Assembly: GCA_903824855.1 (NCBI GenBank)
Contig: CAIJYI010000037.1
Coordinates: forward strand, 18,684 to 82,683
Direction: 5' to 3'
Source of the DNA: an uncultured bacterium
GTDB lineage: Bacteria; Patescibacteriota; Minisyncoccia; Phycocordibacterales; CAIJYI01
DNA length: 64,000 bases
Part shown: piece by piece, positions 10,231 through 19,367 of the stretch
Layout of the letters: every line of letters begins with the position of its first letter
How positions within the stretch are numbered: position 1 is the first letter of the stretch
The notes under the pieces: generated by a model
What the model was told of the DNA's origin: nothing
What the model saw: the letters and a program-made list of their open reading frames with translations, nothing else
Database searches by the model: none
Translations under genes and position numbers: made by a program

Positions 10231-10334
10231 GAGTCCGTATTGTATGTAAAAAAGAATGACGTGGCAAATTATGAATTTTATGGCAAAAAGCGCTTTTTTT
10301 CTTTTTTTCTCTTTTTGTGTATAATGGCGATACA

Positions 10335-11156
10335 ATGATTAGGAGAAACGTCATTTTTACCGTAATTTTCATCCTCTCTGCCGGCATCGGCTTTTTCGTC
10401 AATCTATCACAGACGAATTCTCTTCACTTGGTTTTTTTCAAAAAAATAGACAATGCAACCCTCGTGAAACAAGTCATAATACCAATACCGGTCAAGGTTC
10501 CAATCGTCATTTACCACAGTGTCAGACCATACACGAAAGGAGAATCAAAAGAACAAGATCTTTTTGATATTACTCCGGAGCTTCTTGCAGAGCAATTGTC
10601 ATACCTAAAATTACAGGGTTTCACAACTATTTCTTTTGAGATGCTTGCGGATTATTTTGATACAGGAAAACCACTTCCGGTGAAACCGATTATTTTGTCT
10701 TTTGATGATGCTTGGGAAAATCAATACACTTACGCATTTCCATTACTGGTGAAACAAAAAATGACGGGAACTTTTTTTGTCTTTACCAACTCTCTCAATA
10801 GAGGAACCCATTTGAGATGGGACGATGTTCGGACAATGAGAAAAGCCGGAATGGAGATTGGTTCACATACCAAATTTCATCCGTTCTTGGACGACATAAA
10901 ATCACCGACCTTGTTGGCAAATGAAATTGAAGGGAGCAAAATTATTCTTGAAGAAAGTGTCGGTACGACGACTGCGTTTGCCTATCCATTCGGAGAGCAC
11001 GGAACGACGACCGTCAACGAAGTGAAACATGCCGGCTATCGAGTAGCGAGAGCGATCAGAGGAGGCAACGTCCAGAGTATTGAAGACCGCTACACACTTC
11101 GTGGATTTCTGGTGAGCGACAGTCTGGCTGAATTCAAAAGAATGATAAATAAATAA
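10335..11156 (+). CDS. Polysaccharide deacetylase (NodB homology domain) with N-terminal TM anchor
   Basis: ILSFDDAWENQY and HTKFHP motifs. ATG at 10335 has TATAAT about 10 nt upstream, so the transcript may be leaderless. Confidence 0.8.
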   Translation: MIRRNVIFTVIFILSAGIGFFVNLSQTNSLHLVFFKKIDNATLVKQVIIPIPVKVPIVIYHSVRPYTKGESKEQDLFDITPELLAEQLSYLKLQGFTTISFEMLADYFDTGKPLPVKPIILSFDDAWENQYTYAFPLLVKQKMTGTFFVFTNSLNRGTHLRWDDVRTMRKAGMEIGSHTKFHPFLDDIKSPTLLANEIEGSKIILEESVGTTTAFAYPFGEHGTTTVNEVKHAGYRVARAIRGGNVQSIEDRYTLRGFLVSDSLAEFKRMINK

Positions 11157-11159
11157 ATT

Positions 11160-11196
11160 AAAAAATCACAAACATTTGTTTGTGATTTTTTTTTAA
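11160..11196. terminator. Bidirectional rho-independent terminator
   Basis: Hairpin aaaatcacaaaca-tttg-tttgtgatttt flanked by A- and T-runs. Confidence 0.75.
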
Positions 11197-11202
11197 AATA
11201 TT

Positions 11203-11922
11203 TTACAAACCCCACTCTTTTTTAATCTTTCCCTCATCCTCCTTGGACAATGCTTTTTTGAATTTTGTCGCTTTCTTTCCTTTCACCCTTGCTTCACACT
11301 CCGCCCATGTTTGATGTGTCATAACTTTTCCATCGACTAAACTGAGATAAGAAAATGCTTTTGCTTTCGAATGTGCCTTGCTCGCGCTTCGATCCTTTTT
11401 CTGTTCGACGTCGTGAGAGACATCAAGAATATTTTGTATCGAATATTTTTCAAAATCTCCCTCATATAATTTTTCAGGCTTTCCTTTAGAAAACGAAACG
11501 GCAATTTCATCAGCGCGGTTGTTCCCCGCAATACCGATATGACCACCGACATATTTCCATTCAATTTTTTTTCCGGCAACGAGAGAGGATAGTTCTTCCC
11601 AAAGATCGCGATTAATGACTTCAGTTTTTGTTGAGGTTATCCAATTATTTTTTCTCCATCCCCACACCCATTTGGTGATGCCGTTAATGACGTAACTTGA
11701 ATCGGTGTGAAGCAAAATTACCTTCTCAGTTTTTGCGATATATGAAAGTGCTCCGATTGTTGCAGAAAGTTCCATCCGATTATTCGTTGTAGGATTCTCT
11801 CCACCTCCGAGTTCTTTTATGACGTGATCATCAAAAATAATAATGGCTCCCCATCCTCCGGGTCCGGGATTGCCGAGTGATGACCCGTCCGTAAAAACAT
11901 GAATGTGTTTTTTGTTTTCCAT
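11203..11922 (-). CDS. rnhA: Ribonuclease HI with C-terminal hybrid-binding (Cauli_VI-like) domain
   Basis: Catalytic motifs IHVFTDGSSLGNPGPGGWGAI, MELSATIGAL, HTDSSYVINGIT, GHIGIAGNNRADEIA. The C-terminal extension YLSLVDGKVMTHQTWAECEARVKGKKATKFKKA resembles the RNase H1 hybrid-binding domain. Confidence 0.85.
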   Translation of the reverse strand: MENKKHIHVFTDGSSLGNPGPGGWGAIIIFDDHVIKELGGGENPTTNNRMELSATIGALSYIAKTEKVILLHTDSSYVINGITKWVWGWRKNNWITSTKTEVINRDLWEELSSLVAGKKIEWKYVGGHIGIAGNNRADEIAVSFSKGKPEKLYEGDFEKYSIQNILDVSHDVEQKKDRSASKAHSKAKAFSYLSLVDGKVMTHQTWAECEARVKGKKATKFKKALSKEDEGKIKKEWGL

Positions 11923-11992
11923 ACGTCTTATGCTAACAAATTTATGACAAAATGAGAAATAAAATAGGCGACAACAAGTGCCGCCCATTACG

Positions 11993-12145
11993 TTATCGAA
12001 ATCTCCAAATATATGCGGCAAGCGCAAGTATCGCTAATAGATTAAGCGACATCCCAAAATGGTGTATTCCAAAAAACAAAGGAATCAGACATATCACGTT
12101 TAAGAGTAAAAGAAACCAAATCATATTTTTTTCCCACGTGCTCAT
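11993..12145 (-). CDS. Small hydrophobic membrane protein (50 aa), not in ORF track
   Basis: Manual translation gives MSTWEKNMIWFLLLLNVICLIPLFFGIHHFGMSLNLLAILALAAYIWRFR. GAGGAG lies 7 nt upstream of the ATG. The gene is co-oriented with and upstream of rnhA. Confidence 0.4.
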   Translation of the reverse strand: MSTWEKNMIWFLLLLNVICLIPLFFGIHHFGMSLNLLAILALAAYIWRFR

Positions 12146-12205
12146 TTTTTTCTCCTCGGAAGAATTGTAAAAAATAACTTATCCCTCATTAAGGGTATCG
12201 TTTTT

Positions 12206-13933
12206 TTAAGAGATGTCAATTATTCGCAAACGCAGTTCGGGGTAGTTTCTAAACATGGATTTTTCTAGCGTGGCAAAAAGATTCACTTTCTCTCCCCTGC
12301 CGAGAAGAACTTTCGGGAAATTTTTTTCGGAGACAAAGAAACCGATGGCGGGGATTTTTTGTCCGTTTGAATTTCGGAATTCCAGTTCGAGATGTTCCAT
12401 CGCTTTGCCGAATTTTTTCACGTTTACAATTTCTACACTTTTAAAGAGAAAAACTGGTTTCGGGTTCCCTATTCCGAATGGAGCAAAAGCTTCTACTTCT
12501 TTCCATGTATCCCACGTCATGTCGTCCATCGAAAGCTCTCCTTCAACATCCACCGTTTCCGTTTTGATTATTTTGTCCATCGCGCGGTACACATCGGAAA
12601 GTTCCTTCTCCAATAAATGTATTCCCTCTGATGAAACAGTAAATCCTCCCGCTTCGGCGTGTCCGCCAAATTGCAAAAATACTCCCTCCTTGGCGTTGCT
12701 CATAAGTTCCACCAGTGATACCGTTCCGTCCGAACGACACGACCCTTTTATCTTTCCGTCGGTATCCCTTCCCCACACAAACACCGGTCGTTTAAATTCT
12801 TCAACGAGGTTGTTGGCAGCAAGCCCAAGAATTCCCGGTTCCCATTCTGGATGTCCGATGACGATAACTTCAAAAAGTTCACGCGCGAGTAATCGTCCTT
12901 TCGCGTCTTTTATCATGCTCGCCGTCAATCCTTTTCTTTGATCATTCAAATGATTGAGCCAATTCGCCAATTCTTCGGCGCGAGCATCATCATCAGTAGA
13001 GAGCAATTCGAAAGCGCGGAGTGGATGATCCATTCGACTCGCTGCATTTATACGCGGAGCAATCATAAAACCGATATCGTCTTCCGTAAGATGTTCCCTG
13101 TTTACTTTTATTTTTTGCAAAAGCAGGTTGAGCCCTTTGCGTCGACTTTTTCGCAAAACCTTCAATCCATAGTGTGCAAAAAGCCGATTTTCATTTAGAA
13201 GAGGAACCATGTCGGCGATAGTGGAAAGCCCAGCCATATCTAAAAGCCACTTTTCCCAACCTTCCTGAATTTGTGCGAATTGCCCGCGTTTAATGAGTGC
13301 CTGCACAAGTTTGAAGGCGACACCGGCACCGCAAAGCATCGGGTCAGGATAGGCGTCTTCTTTTTGTTTGGAATCAAGAATAGTATAAGCCTCGGGTGTT
13401 TTGCCGTCTTGAGCGAGGTGGTGGTCGGTAATAATGACATCGATACCGAGTTTTTTCGCATGATCAACCGGTTCCACATCGGTAATCCCCAAATCTGCGG
13501 TAATAATGAGAGAAAAACCTTCCTCTGCAAATTTTTCTACGGCCAAAATATTTAATCCATATCCTTCTTCGTGTCGATGAGGAATGTAGTTCTTAAAATT
13601 CGTATATTCTATCTTTTTAAAGAAATCATGAAGGATTACTCCGGCAGGAATACCGTCGCAGTCATAATCGGTATATAAAACAATCTTTTCGTCATTTTTT
13701 ATCGCAGAGAGTATTCTTTCAACCGCTTTTTCCATATTCAAAATGAGAAACGGGTCATAACTATCTCTCTGCCAATCCGGATGCAAAAATTGTTCAGCCA
13801 AGGCAAATGACGTGATTCCACGACTTGCGAGCATTTTTTGTGTCAGAGGAGCATATCTTTCTAAACTCTCCTCGGTCGAACCCTTTTCTTCGATTTTTGT
13901 ATCATTCTTTTTCATGGGATTATATTGTATCAC
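12206..13933 (-). CDS. recJ: Single-stranded-DNA-specific exonuclease RecJ
   Basis: DHH motifs DYDCDG, IPHRHEEGYGL and ITDHH. DHHA1 region GGHAEAGG. 575 aa. Confidence 0.9.
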   Translation of the reverse strand: MIQYNPMKKNDTKIEEKGSTEESLERYAPLTQKMLASRGITSFALAEQFLHPDWQRDSYDPFLILNMEKAVERILSAIKNDEKIVLYTDYDCDGIPAGVILHDFFKKIEYTNFKNYIPHRHEEGYGLNILAVEKFAEEGFSLIITADLGITDVEPVDHAKKLGIDVIITDHHLAQDGKTPEAYTILDSKQKEDAYPDPMLCGAGVAFKLVQALIKRGQFAQIQEGWEKWLLDMAGLSTIADMVPLLNENRLFAHYGLKVLRKSRRKGLNLLLQKIKVNREHLTEDDIGFMIAPRINAASRMDHPLRAFELLSTDDDARAEELANWLNHLNDQRKGLTASMIKDAKGRLLARELFEVIVIGHPEWEPGILGLAANNLVEEFKRPVFVWGRDTDGKIKGSCRSDGTVSLVELMSNAKEGVFLQFGGHAEAGGFTVSSEGIHLLEKELSDVYRAMDKIIKTETVDVEGELSMDDMTWDTWKEVEAFAPFGIGNPKPVFLFKSVEIVNVKKFGKAMEHLELEFRNSNGQKIPAIGFFVSEKNFPKVLLGRGEKVNLFATLEKSMFRNYPELRLRIIDIS

Positions 13934-14010
13934 ATATCAATAAAAATCATTCCTTGAATTGCTCGGACGTAGTGTTATAATATGTATATTATTCATGATA
14001 AATTATTTAT

Positions 14011-14319
14011 ATGGGATTATTTTCAACACCACCAAAAAGAATCACCCAGAGAGAATATGAGGGTACTTTTTTTAAGCCCGGCTTTCTCGGCTCTGTCCAC
14101 GGGAATGGTTCCATGGAAAAAATACCGGATAGACATCTTCCCGTATTAAAAGCGATAATGGACAATGCAATAAACGACGTCGATCATTACCGCGGAGGTA
14201 ATTTTAAAGGGATTACCGCTGAAAAGATTCCGGGGATTCGAAAGGAAATGGAGGAAACAGGTCAGTTTAACTCGAAACAGATTGATCATGTTGAGAGTGA
14301 GTTAAAAAAGAGGCTGTAA
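14011..14319 (+). CDS. Hypothetical protein
   Basis: 102-aa ORF with no recognisable motifs. Immediately upstream of the HIT gene. Confidence 0.45.
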   Translation: MGLFSTPPKRITQREYEGTFFKPGFLGSVHGNGSMEKIPDRHLPVLKAIMDNAINDVDHYRGGNFKGITAEKIPGIRKEMEETGQFNSKQIDHVESELKKRL

Positions 14320-14324
14320 TTTTT

Positions 14325-14738
14325 ATGGATGACTGTATTTTTTGTAAAATAATTAAAGGCGATATCCCCTGCACAAAAGTCTGGGAGGATTCGGAAACGT
14401 TCGCCTTTTTAAGCACTAATCCGAATAACCACGGGCATACTCTCGTCGTTCCCAAAAAACATTTTCGAAATATCTTTGATATGGATGAGCATTCCGTCAC
14501 TTCCCTCGCACTCGCCACGCAAAAGATAGCACGCGGTGTTTATAAAGGAGTAAAAGCCGAGGGGGTAAATATTATTATGAATAATGAGGCACCAGCCGGA
14601 CAAGCGGTATTTCATGCTCATATCCATATTATTCCAAGATTCACAAACGACGGACTACATAGCTGGAATAAAAGCACTCCTTATCAAGAAGACGAAAAAG
14701 AACAAATTGCCGAACAAATATTCAACAACGTCGCTTAA
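14325..14738 (+). CDS. HIT-family (histidine triad) nucleotide hydrolase
   Basis: N-terminal CIFCKII and the histidine triad HAHIHIIPR. Confidence 0.85.
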   Translation: MDDCIFCKIIKGDIPCTKVWEDSETFAFLSTNPNNHGHTLVVPKKHFRNIFDMDEHSVTSLALATQKIARGVYKGVKAEGVNIIMNNEAPAGQAVFHAHIHIIPRFTNDGLHSWNKSTPYQEDEKEQIAEQIFNNVA

Positions 14739-14802
14739 AGAATAAATGTTAAAAAAAAGGGAGTCGAAATAACATCAGAAAATTCACAATAATCACAATA
14801 AA

Positions 14803-14832
14803 AAAACAGCCGTTATGTACGGCTGTTTTTGT
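14803..14832. terminator. Bidirectional rho-independent terminator
   Basis: Hairpin aacagccgt-tatgt-acggctgtt followed by TTTTT, with an A-run upstream. Confidence 0.7.
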
Positions 14833-14833
14833 A

Positions 14834-15127
14834 TTAATCGTGTTTACCTTTCTTTTTGAGCATCTTTTCTTCCTCAGTCAGTATTTTCTTCCACATTTCC
14901 GCATCATCAGCAAGCAGAGCGATCTTTTTTGTATGATAATTGTCGCTTACTTTTTTAATCCATGACTGGTCTTCTGTAAAAAGGTCAAAGGCTGCATTTA
15001 TTTCTTCTTCTGATGCTTCAGCGAAGAGCCACGCCAAATCTTCCTTCTCTGAAAAAGATATTTCTGACGCGAATATTAATTTTTTTAATTCCGGGAAAGT
15101 TTTGTTTTCCATATATTTTCGGTCCAA
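14834..15127 (-). CDS. Hypothetical protein
   Basis: 97-aa acidic ORF with no motif recognised. Confidence 0.4.
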   Translation of the reverse strand: MDRKYMENKTFPELKKLIFASEISFSEKEDLAWLFAEASEEEINAAFDLFTEDQSWIKKVSDNYHTKKIALLADDAEMWKKILTEEEKMLKKKGKHD

Positions 15128-15428
15128 TGACCGATAAAACTGCGATTACCCGGCGTTTTCCATAAGTCGGCGAGTAACGAGTTCGAACACCACTGCAGCA
15201 TCTTTATTTTCCGCACCAACAAACAAGGCTCTTTCTTCTCGTGCAAAATCGTATCCTTCAAACGTTTCAAACGAATTGTTCGGTGGCATGTGTCTTTTTA
15301 ATTTAAATTATTAAATCCTAACTCAAATAAATCTTATGTCTTTATGATAAACCTTTTTAATATTTCATGCAACGAAAAAGAAGATTTCACCACACTGTAA
15401 ATTTGACAATTTATTTTTTTTGAAATTT

Positions 15429-15935
15429 TTACTCTTCTCTTTTTGGATTTTCCAACTCATCAGCATATTCCTTCATTTTTATATCACTAAAATGCCTACC
15501 AAATGAATCTCGAATTTCTTGAATATCATTAACGTTTAAGATTCCCATTTTCTGAATCGCCTCAATCTCTTTTTGCAGTTCCTGATCGACTTCTCCATAA
15601 TCAAATCTGTGAAGTTTTTCGGCTAATGACCAAGAGAGTTTTTCAATATATGTTTTTTTGAGTTTTTCATCGGAAAAACCGGTATCTTCCTTAGCACAGA
15701 ATTCTAACGTTCTCATAATAATCTCATCTTTGGAAATAAAATCAGCTTTATTTTTTGGGATTTCGGATATGGCCTGATTCAGTTCTTTAACAAATTGTCC
15801 GTCATTCAGACTTCCGCCTTTTCTCAATATTTCGGCTAATAGCGTTATTTTTTGACCTAAAAATCCTTCCCAATATTTATTCGGATTGTTTTTTGCCTGT
15901 TCTTCCGTAGGAGTGAGGGGGTTCCAGTTTTCCAT
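15429..15935 (-). CDS. Hypothetical protein
   Basis: 168-aa ORF with no motif recognised. Confidence 0.45.
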   Translation of the reverse strand: MENWNPLTPTEEQAKNNPNKYWEGFLGQKITLLAEILRKGGSLNDGQFVKELNQAISEIPKNKADFISKDEIIMRTLEFCAKEDTGFSDEKLKKTYIEKLSWSLAEKLHRFDYGEVDQELQKEIEAIQKMGILNVNDIQEIRDSFGRHFSDIKMKEYADELENPKREE

Positions 15936-15960
15936 AAATAATTTTATTAAACCTTTTCTG

Positions 15961-16221
15961 CTAATATTCCTTTTTTACGTTACATATCTTTTCAACATAC
16001 GAATCAGCGTTTGAAACAGCCTCTTTTCTTAGGTTTCCCAATTCTTCAAGTAGTTTTTCTTTTTCTGTTCCAACAAGGTTTTCTGCTCTTTTTTCTAATA
16101 AATCAACCTCTCGGAGGAATTCCTCCAATTCTTCATTGATTTCCTCAAGAGATTCATCAACCTGTTTTTCAAATAACTCCTCTTTCTCAATATTTTCGTT
16201 ATGTGATATTTTTTCAGGCAT
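15961..16221 (-). CDS. Hypothetical coiled-coil protein
   Basis: 86-aa Glu/Lys-rich ORF. Confidence 0.35.
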   Translation of the reverse strand: MPEKISHNENIEKEELFEKQVDESLEEINEELEEFLREVDLLEKRAENLVGTEKEKLLEELGNLRKEAVSNADSYVEKICNVKKEY

Positions 16222-16362
16222 TGTTTTCAGTATTAGCTAATACAAAAGCCAACTTTGCGGATATTTCACGCAAACGTTGCATGTCGCGTTCATAACCAGC
16301 CTGCAAATTTCGAACAATATTTACTTTAGCTTGTTGATCGTTGTCCATAAAAGTACAAAGCT

Positions 16363-17496
16363 TTATTTTTTCTTTTTTATAATGGCCTCAATTGCCGGTA
16401 ATGTTCCCTTGGAGAGAAAATCAAGCATTGCTCCGCCTCCAGTGGAAATAAAAATGTTTTTCTTATTTGATTTTACTTTTTCAATAGCTGCAACGGTATC
16501 CCCTCCTCCAACTACGGCGTTAGCGGTTGTTTGCGAAAGTGCTTTTGCTACAGAAAGCGTGGCTCCGTCATATCCGCCTTCATAATAACCGAGCGGACCA
16601 TTCCAGAGAATAAATTTTGCTTTCTTGATTAATCCCTCCAGCAACAAGACGGTCTCCGGTCCATCATCCAGAATTTTTTCCGTTTTTTCTACTGCCTCCT
16701 GAGAACGAACTATTCTTCCACTCGGGCCCTCAACAATAACATCGAGAGGTAAGATGAGTTTTTTATTCTTCAAAAGAGGTTTCATTTTATTCGTCTCAAC
16801 ATCACAAACAGAGGCACCGATTTCGCAACCTTGAAGTTTAAAAAAAGTATTAGCAAGGGCTCCCCCAACAAAAACAGTGTCCGCCACGTCTAGATATTTT
16901 TTAATTAACGGCAATTTTGTCTCAAATTTGGCTCCACCTAAAATAAGAAGGTACGGATGACTTTTTTTGAAAGCGATGGATATATTTTCCACTTCATCAA
17001 CGAATAATGGCCCAAAATATGCGGGCAGTAATTTCGGTAAAGCAAAAACTGAGGCATCTTTTCTGTGAGAAACAGCAAAAGCTTCGTTTACAAAAATATC
17101 ACCAAAGGAAGCCAAAGATTTTGCGAATGCTTTATCTCCGGATTTTTCACCGTCCCATTTTCGAAGATTTTCAACAAGGGCAACTTCTCCATCTTTTAGT
17201 GAAGAAAGGGTTGTTTTTCCTTCTTCAGACATAAAATCTTGCACAAATACATGTTTGATCTTTTCCCCAAGTTTTTGAGAAGCCGACAGAAGAGTATCGG
17301 TTTTTTCTCTTCCGATGTGACTTAAAATAATTATTCTGGCTCCGGACTTTTTTAAAAATTCAAGCGTAGGAATAACTTTTCTGATGCGGAAATCATCGAC
17401 GACGACGTCGTCCTTTATCGGTACATTGAAATCAACACGCAATAAAATTCTTTTTCCCTTTAATTTCTTCAATTTTGTGATGTTTGGTAATTTCAT
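16363..17496 (-). CDS. pgk: Phosphoglycerate kinase
   Basis: RVDFNVP N-terminal motif and GGGDTVAA near the C-terminus. 377 aa. Confidence 0.95.
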   Translation of the reverse strand: MKLPNITKLKKLKGKRILLRVDFNVPIKDDVVVDDFRIRKVIPTLEFLKKSGARIIILSHIGREKTDTLLSASQKLGEKIKHVFVQDFMSEEGKTTLSSLKDGEVALVENLRKWDGEKSGDKAFAKSLASFGDIFVNEAFAVSHRKDASVFALPKLLPAYFGPLFVDEVENISIAFKKSHPYLLILGGAKFETKLPLIKKYLDVADTVFVGGALANTFFKLQGCEIGASVCDVETNKMKPLLKNKKLILPLDVIVEGPSGRIVRSQEAVEKTEKILDDGPETVLLLEGLIKKAKFILWNGPLGYYEGGYDGATLSVAKALSQTTANAVVGGGDTVAAIEKVKSNKKNIFISTGGGAMLDFLSKGTLPAIEAIIKKKK

Positions 17497-17512
17497 ATGG
17501 TTAGCTTATAGC

Positions 17513-18277
17513 TTATAAGTTTTCTGCTATTTTAACTATTTCAATAAATTTTTTCGGATTAAGGCTTGCTCTGCCAACTAATAAGCCGGCTACTCCGCCT
17601 TCTTTCATGAAACCTTCAGAATTTTTTTCATCTACTGAACCACCATAAAGAATTTTCAAAGAATGTGCTGTTTCCTGGTCGTATATTCCGGAAAGAACTT
17701 TCCGTATAAAAATAACAATTTCGAGCAATCCGGCAGGATCAATCCTTCCTGTCGCTTTTTCTCCAATCGCCCAAACAGGTTCATAGGCAATAACGAGTTT
17801 AGAAAGCAATCCTTTAGGAATATTAAGGAGGGAATTTTCAATTTGTAGCCTTAGCATTTCAAGATAGGTACATTCTTCGTCCCTCTCTTTCTCTCCAACA
17901 CATAAAATAACGGATAATTTTGCATTGAGAGCTGATTCCACCTTTTTTGAAATCATAAAGTCTGTCTCCCCCATTTCTCTTCTTTCGGAATGTCCGAGAA
18001 TGACATATTTTACTTTAAATTGGGCGAGCATTCCTATGGAAATTTCACCGGTAAATGCACCTTCTTTTGAAGCACTCACATTCTGTACTCCAAGAATTGT
18101 AGCCGCTGATAATTTCTTTGATAGCTCCGGAATAAAAATAACGGGCGGACACATGGCCACGTCGGTATTTTTAAATGTAACGATACCCTTTTTTATACCG
18201 TCAAAAATCTTCCCCGCCACCGCTCCTGTTTGCGGATTCATCTTCCAGTTGCCGACGATGAGTTTTTTTTGTTTCAT
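17513..18277 (-). CDS. tpiA: Triosephosphate isomerase
   Basis: GNWKMN, ILGHSERR and IAYEPVWAIG motifs. Confidence 0.9.
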   Translation of the reverse strand: MKQKKLIVGNWKMNPQTGAVAGKIFDGIKKGIVTFKNTDVAMCPPVIFIPELSKKLSAATILGVQNVSASKEGAFTGEISIGMLAQFKVKYVILGHSERREMGETDFMISKKVESALNAKLSVILCVGEKERDEECTYLEMLRLQIENSLLNIPKGLLSKLVIAYEPVWAIGEKATGRIDPAGLLEIVIFIRKVLSGIYDQETAHSLKILYGGSVDEKNSEGFMKEGGVAGLLVGRASLNPKKFIEIVKIAENL

Positions 18278-18292
18278 TATTGTGTATTTGCT

Positions 18293-18643
18293 TTATTTCA
18301 CCTCAGCGTATCCTTGTTGAGATTTTTCGATTTGCTCTTGATGTTCTATATCTCCGTAGAAATCCAATCCATGCTTTTTCATTCTTTTATATTCAGGCGT
18401 TTCTTTCAGATTAAACTCAATTTCTCCCTTTTCTCTTCGCACACTATTTTCCGCATCAACTGCCTTAATTTTTTCAATCATTTGAGGAAATTCAACCAGA
18501 TTGAGCTTGATAATTTCTTTCGAATCTGCGGTGTTTTCATATTTTTCCGCAAGTTCTTTTATTGCAGTAAGTGCGTTTAGAACGGTTTCGCTTTTTTCAC
18601 CATTTCCGGCGGAGTTTTGTCCCTCCATTTTTGTTGCTTCCAT
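18293..18643 (-). CDS. Hypothetical protein
   Basis: 116-aa ORF upstream of tpiA in the same orientation. Confidence 0.4.
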   Translation of the reverse strand: MEATKMEGQNSAGNGEKSETVLNALTAIKELAEKYENTADSKEIIKLNLVEFPQMIEKIKAVDAENSVRREKGEIEFNLKETPEYKRMKKHGLDFYGDIEHQEQIEKSQQGYAEVK

Positions 18644-18726
18644 ATGATTAATATTATTGAATAATTCTTTTTTCTAACATTCTCCCTACAATTATATCCC
18701 ACTGCAAATAAAGAGCAACCTGGCAA

Positions 18727-19263
18727 TTATGGACATAAACTGCTCGGGTAAAGATTTGCGGAATAATCATCAGCGGTGCCATATATACCATCCGGACCAA
18801 CGGTTCGTATTGTGTCGGGACGGCAATCCGCAGAACCTGACTCTTTCTCGTTTTCATCCAGTCCGTAGGGACTGCCCCAAGGATCGCGAGTCATTTGAGT
18901 AAGATTTGTTACTGCGCCGTTTGTAGAATTTTGAATAGTAGTAAGTACATTTAACCACTGTACATAACATGAATCGGAGGTAACAATGTTTCTAATATCA
19001 CGACCTCGGCAGGAACAGTCACTGCAATTACTCCCCGTGATATTTTGTAAACGGCCTTTTTCCTGTTGTGCCAAAACCGCTGAATTTATAAATTGAGTCA
19101 TTTCAGCTTGAGCCCTCGCATATTTCGCCTTTTCCCTTGCTTTTGCCACTGACGACATAACGATTGAGGAGAGGAGGCTAATTATTGAGACAACGACAAG
19201 AAGTTCAATGAGTGTGAACCCTTTTTTTTGTTTTTTATTTTTAAATATATGTTTTATATTCAT
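18727..19263 (-). CDS. Type IV pilin (major pilin candidate)
   Basis: MNIKHIFKNKKQKKGFTLIELLVVVSIISLL is a canonical prepilin leader with G-F-T-L-I-E. The C-terminal region is Cys-rich. Confidence 0.8.
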   Translation of the reverse strand: MNIKHIFKNKKQKKGFTLIELLVVVSIISLLSSIVMSSVAKAREKAKYARAQAEMTQFINSAVLAQQEKGRLQNITGSNCSDCSCRGRDIRNIVTSDSCYVQWLNVLTTIQNSTNGAVTNLTQMTRDPWGSPYGLDENEKESGSADCRPDTIRTVGPDGIYGTADDYSANLYPSSLCP

Positions 19264-19267
19264 TTCA

Positions 19268-19300
19268 ATTTGATTATATCACAAACGAATGTTGCTCAAA
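19268..19300 (-). promoter_or_regulatory. Putative sigma70-type promoter with extended -10 for the pilin gene
   Basis: Minus strand reads TTGAGC, a 15-nt spacer, then TGATATAAT. The -10 lies about 9 nt from the ATG, so the mRNA would be leaderless or nearly so. Confidence 0.4.
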
Positions 19301-19332
19301 AAAAAGACGAGAAATTCTCGTCTTTTTTTTAT
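19298..19332. terminator. Bidirectional rho-independent terminator
   Basis: Hairpin aagacgagaa-att-ctcgtctt with T-runs on both sides. It terminates the minus-strand gene ending at 19368. Confidence 0.75.
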
Positions 19333-19367
19333 TATCGAGTGTTTTTTGAAACACAATAGATCCATTA

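Noticed and set aside
12255-12941. 228-aa plus-strand ORF and other small plus-strand ORFs inside recJ
   Set aside because: They are antisense to a well-supported recJ. Their Ser-rich low-complexity translation has no motifs.
15147-15289. 47-aa minus-strand ORF (MPPNNSFETFEGYDF...)
   Set aside because: It has no RBS, no motif and no conservation evidence available. It may be real but I cannot support it.
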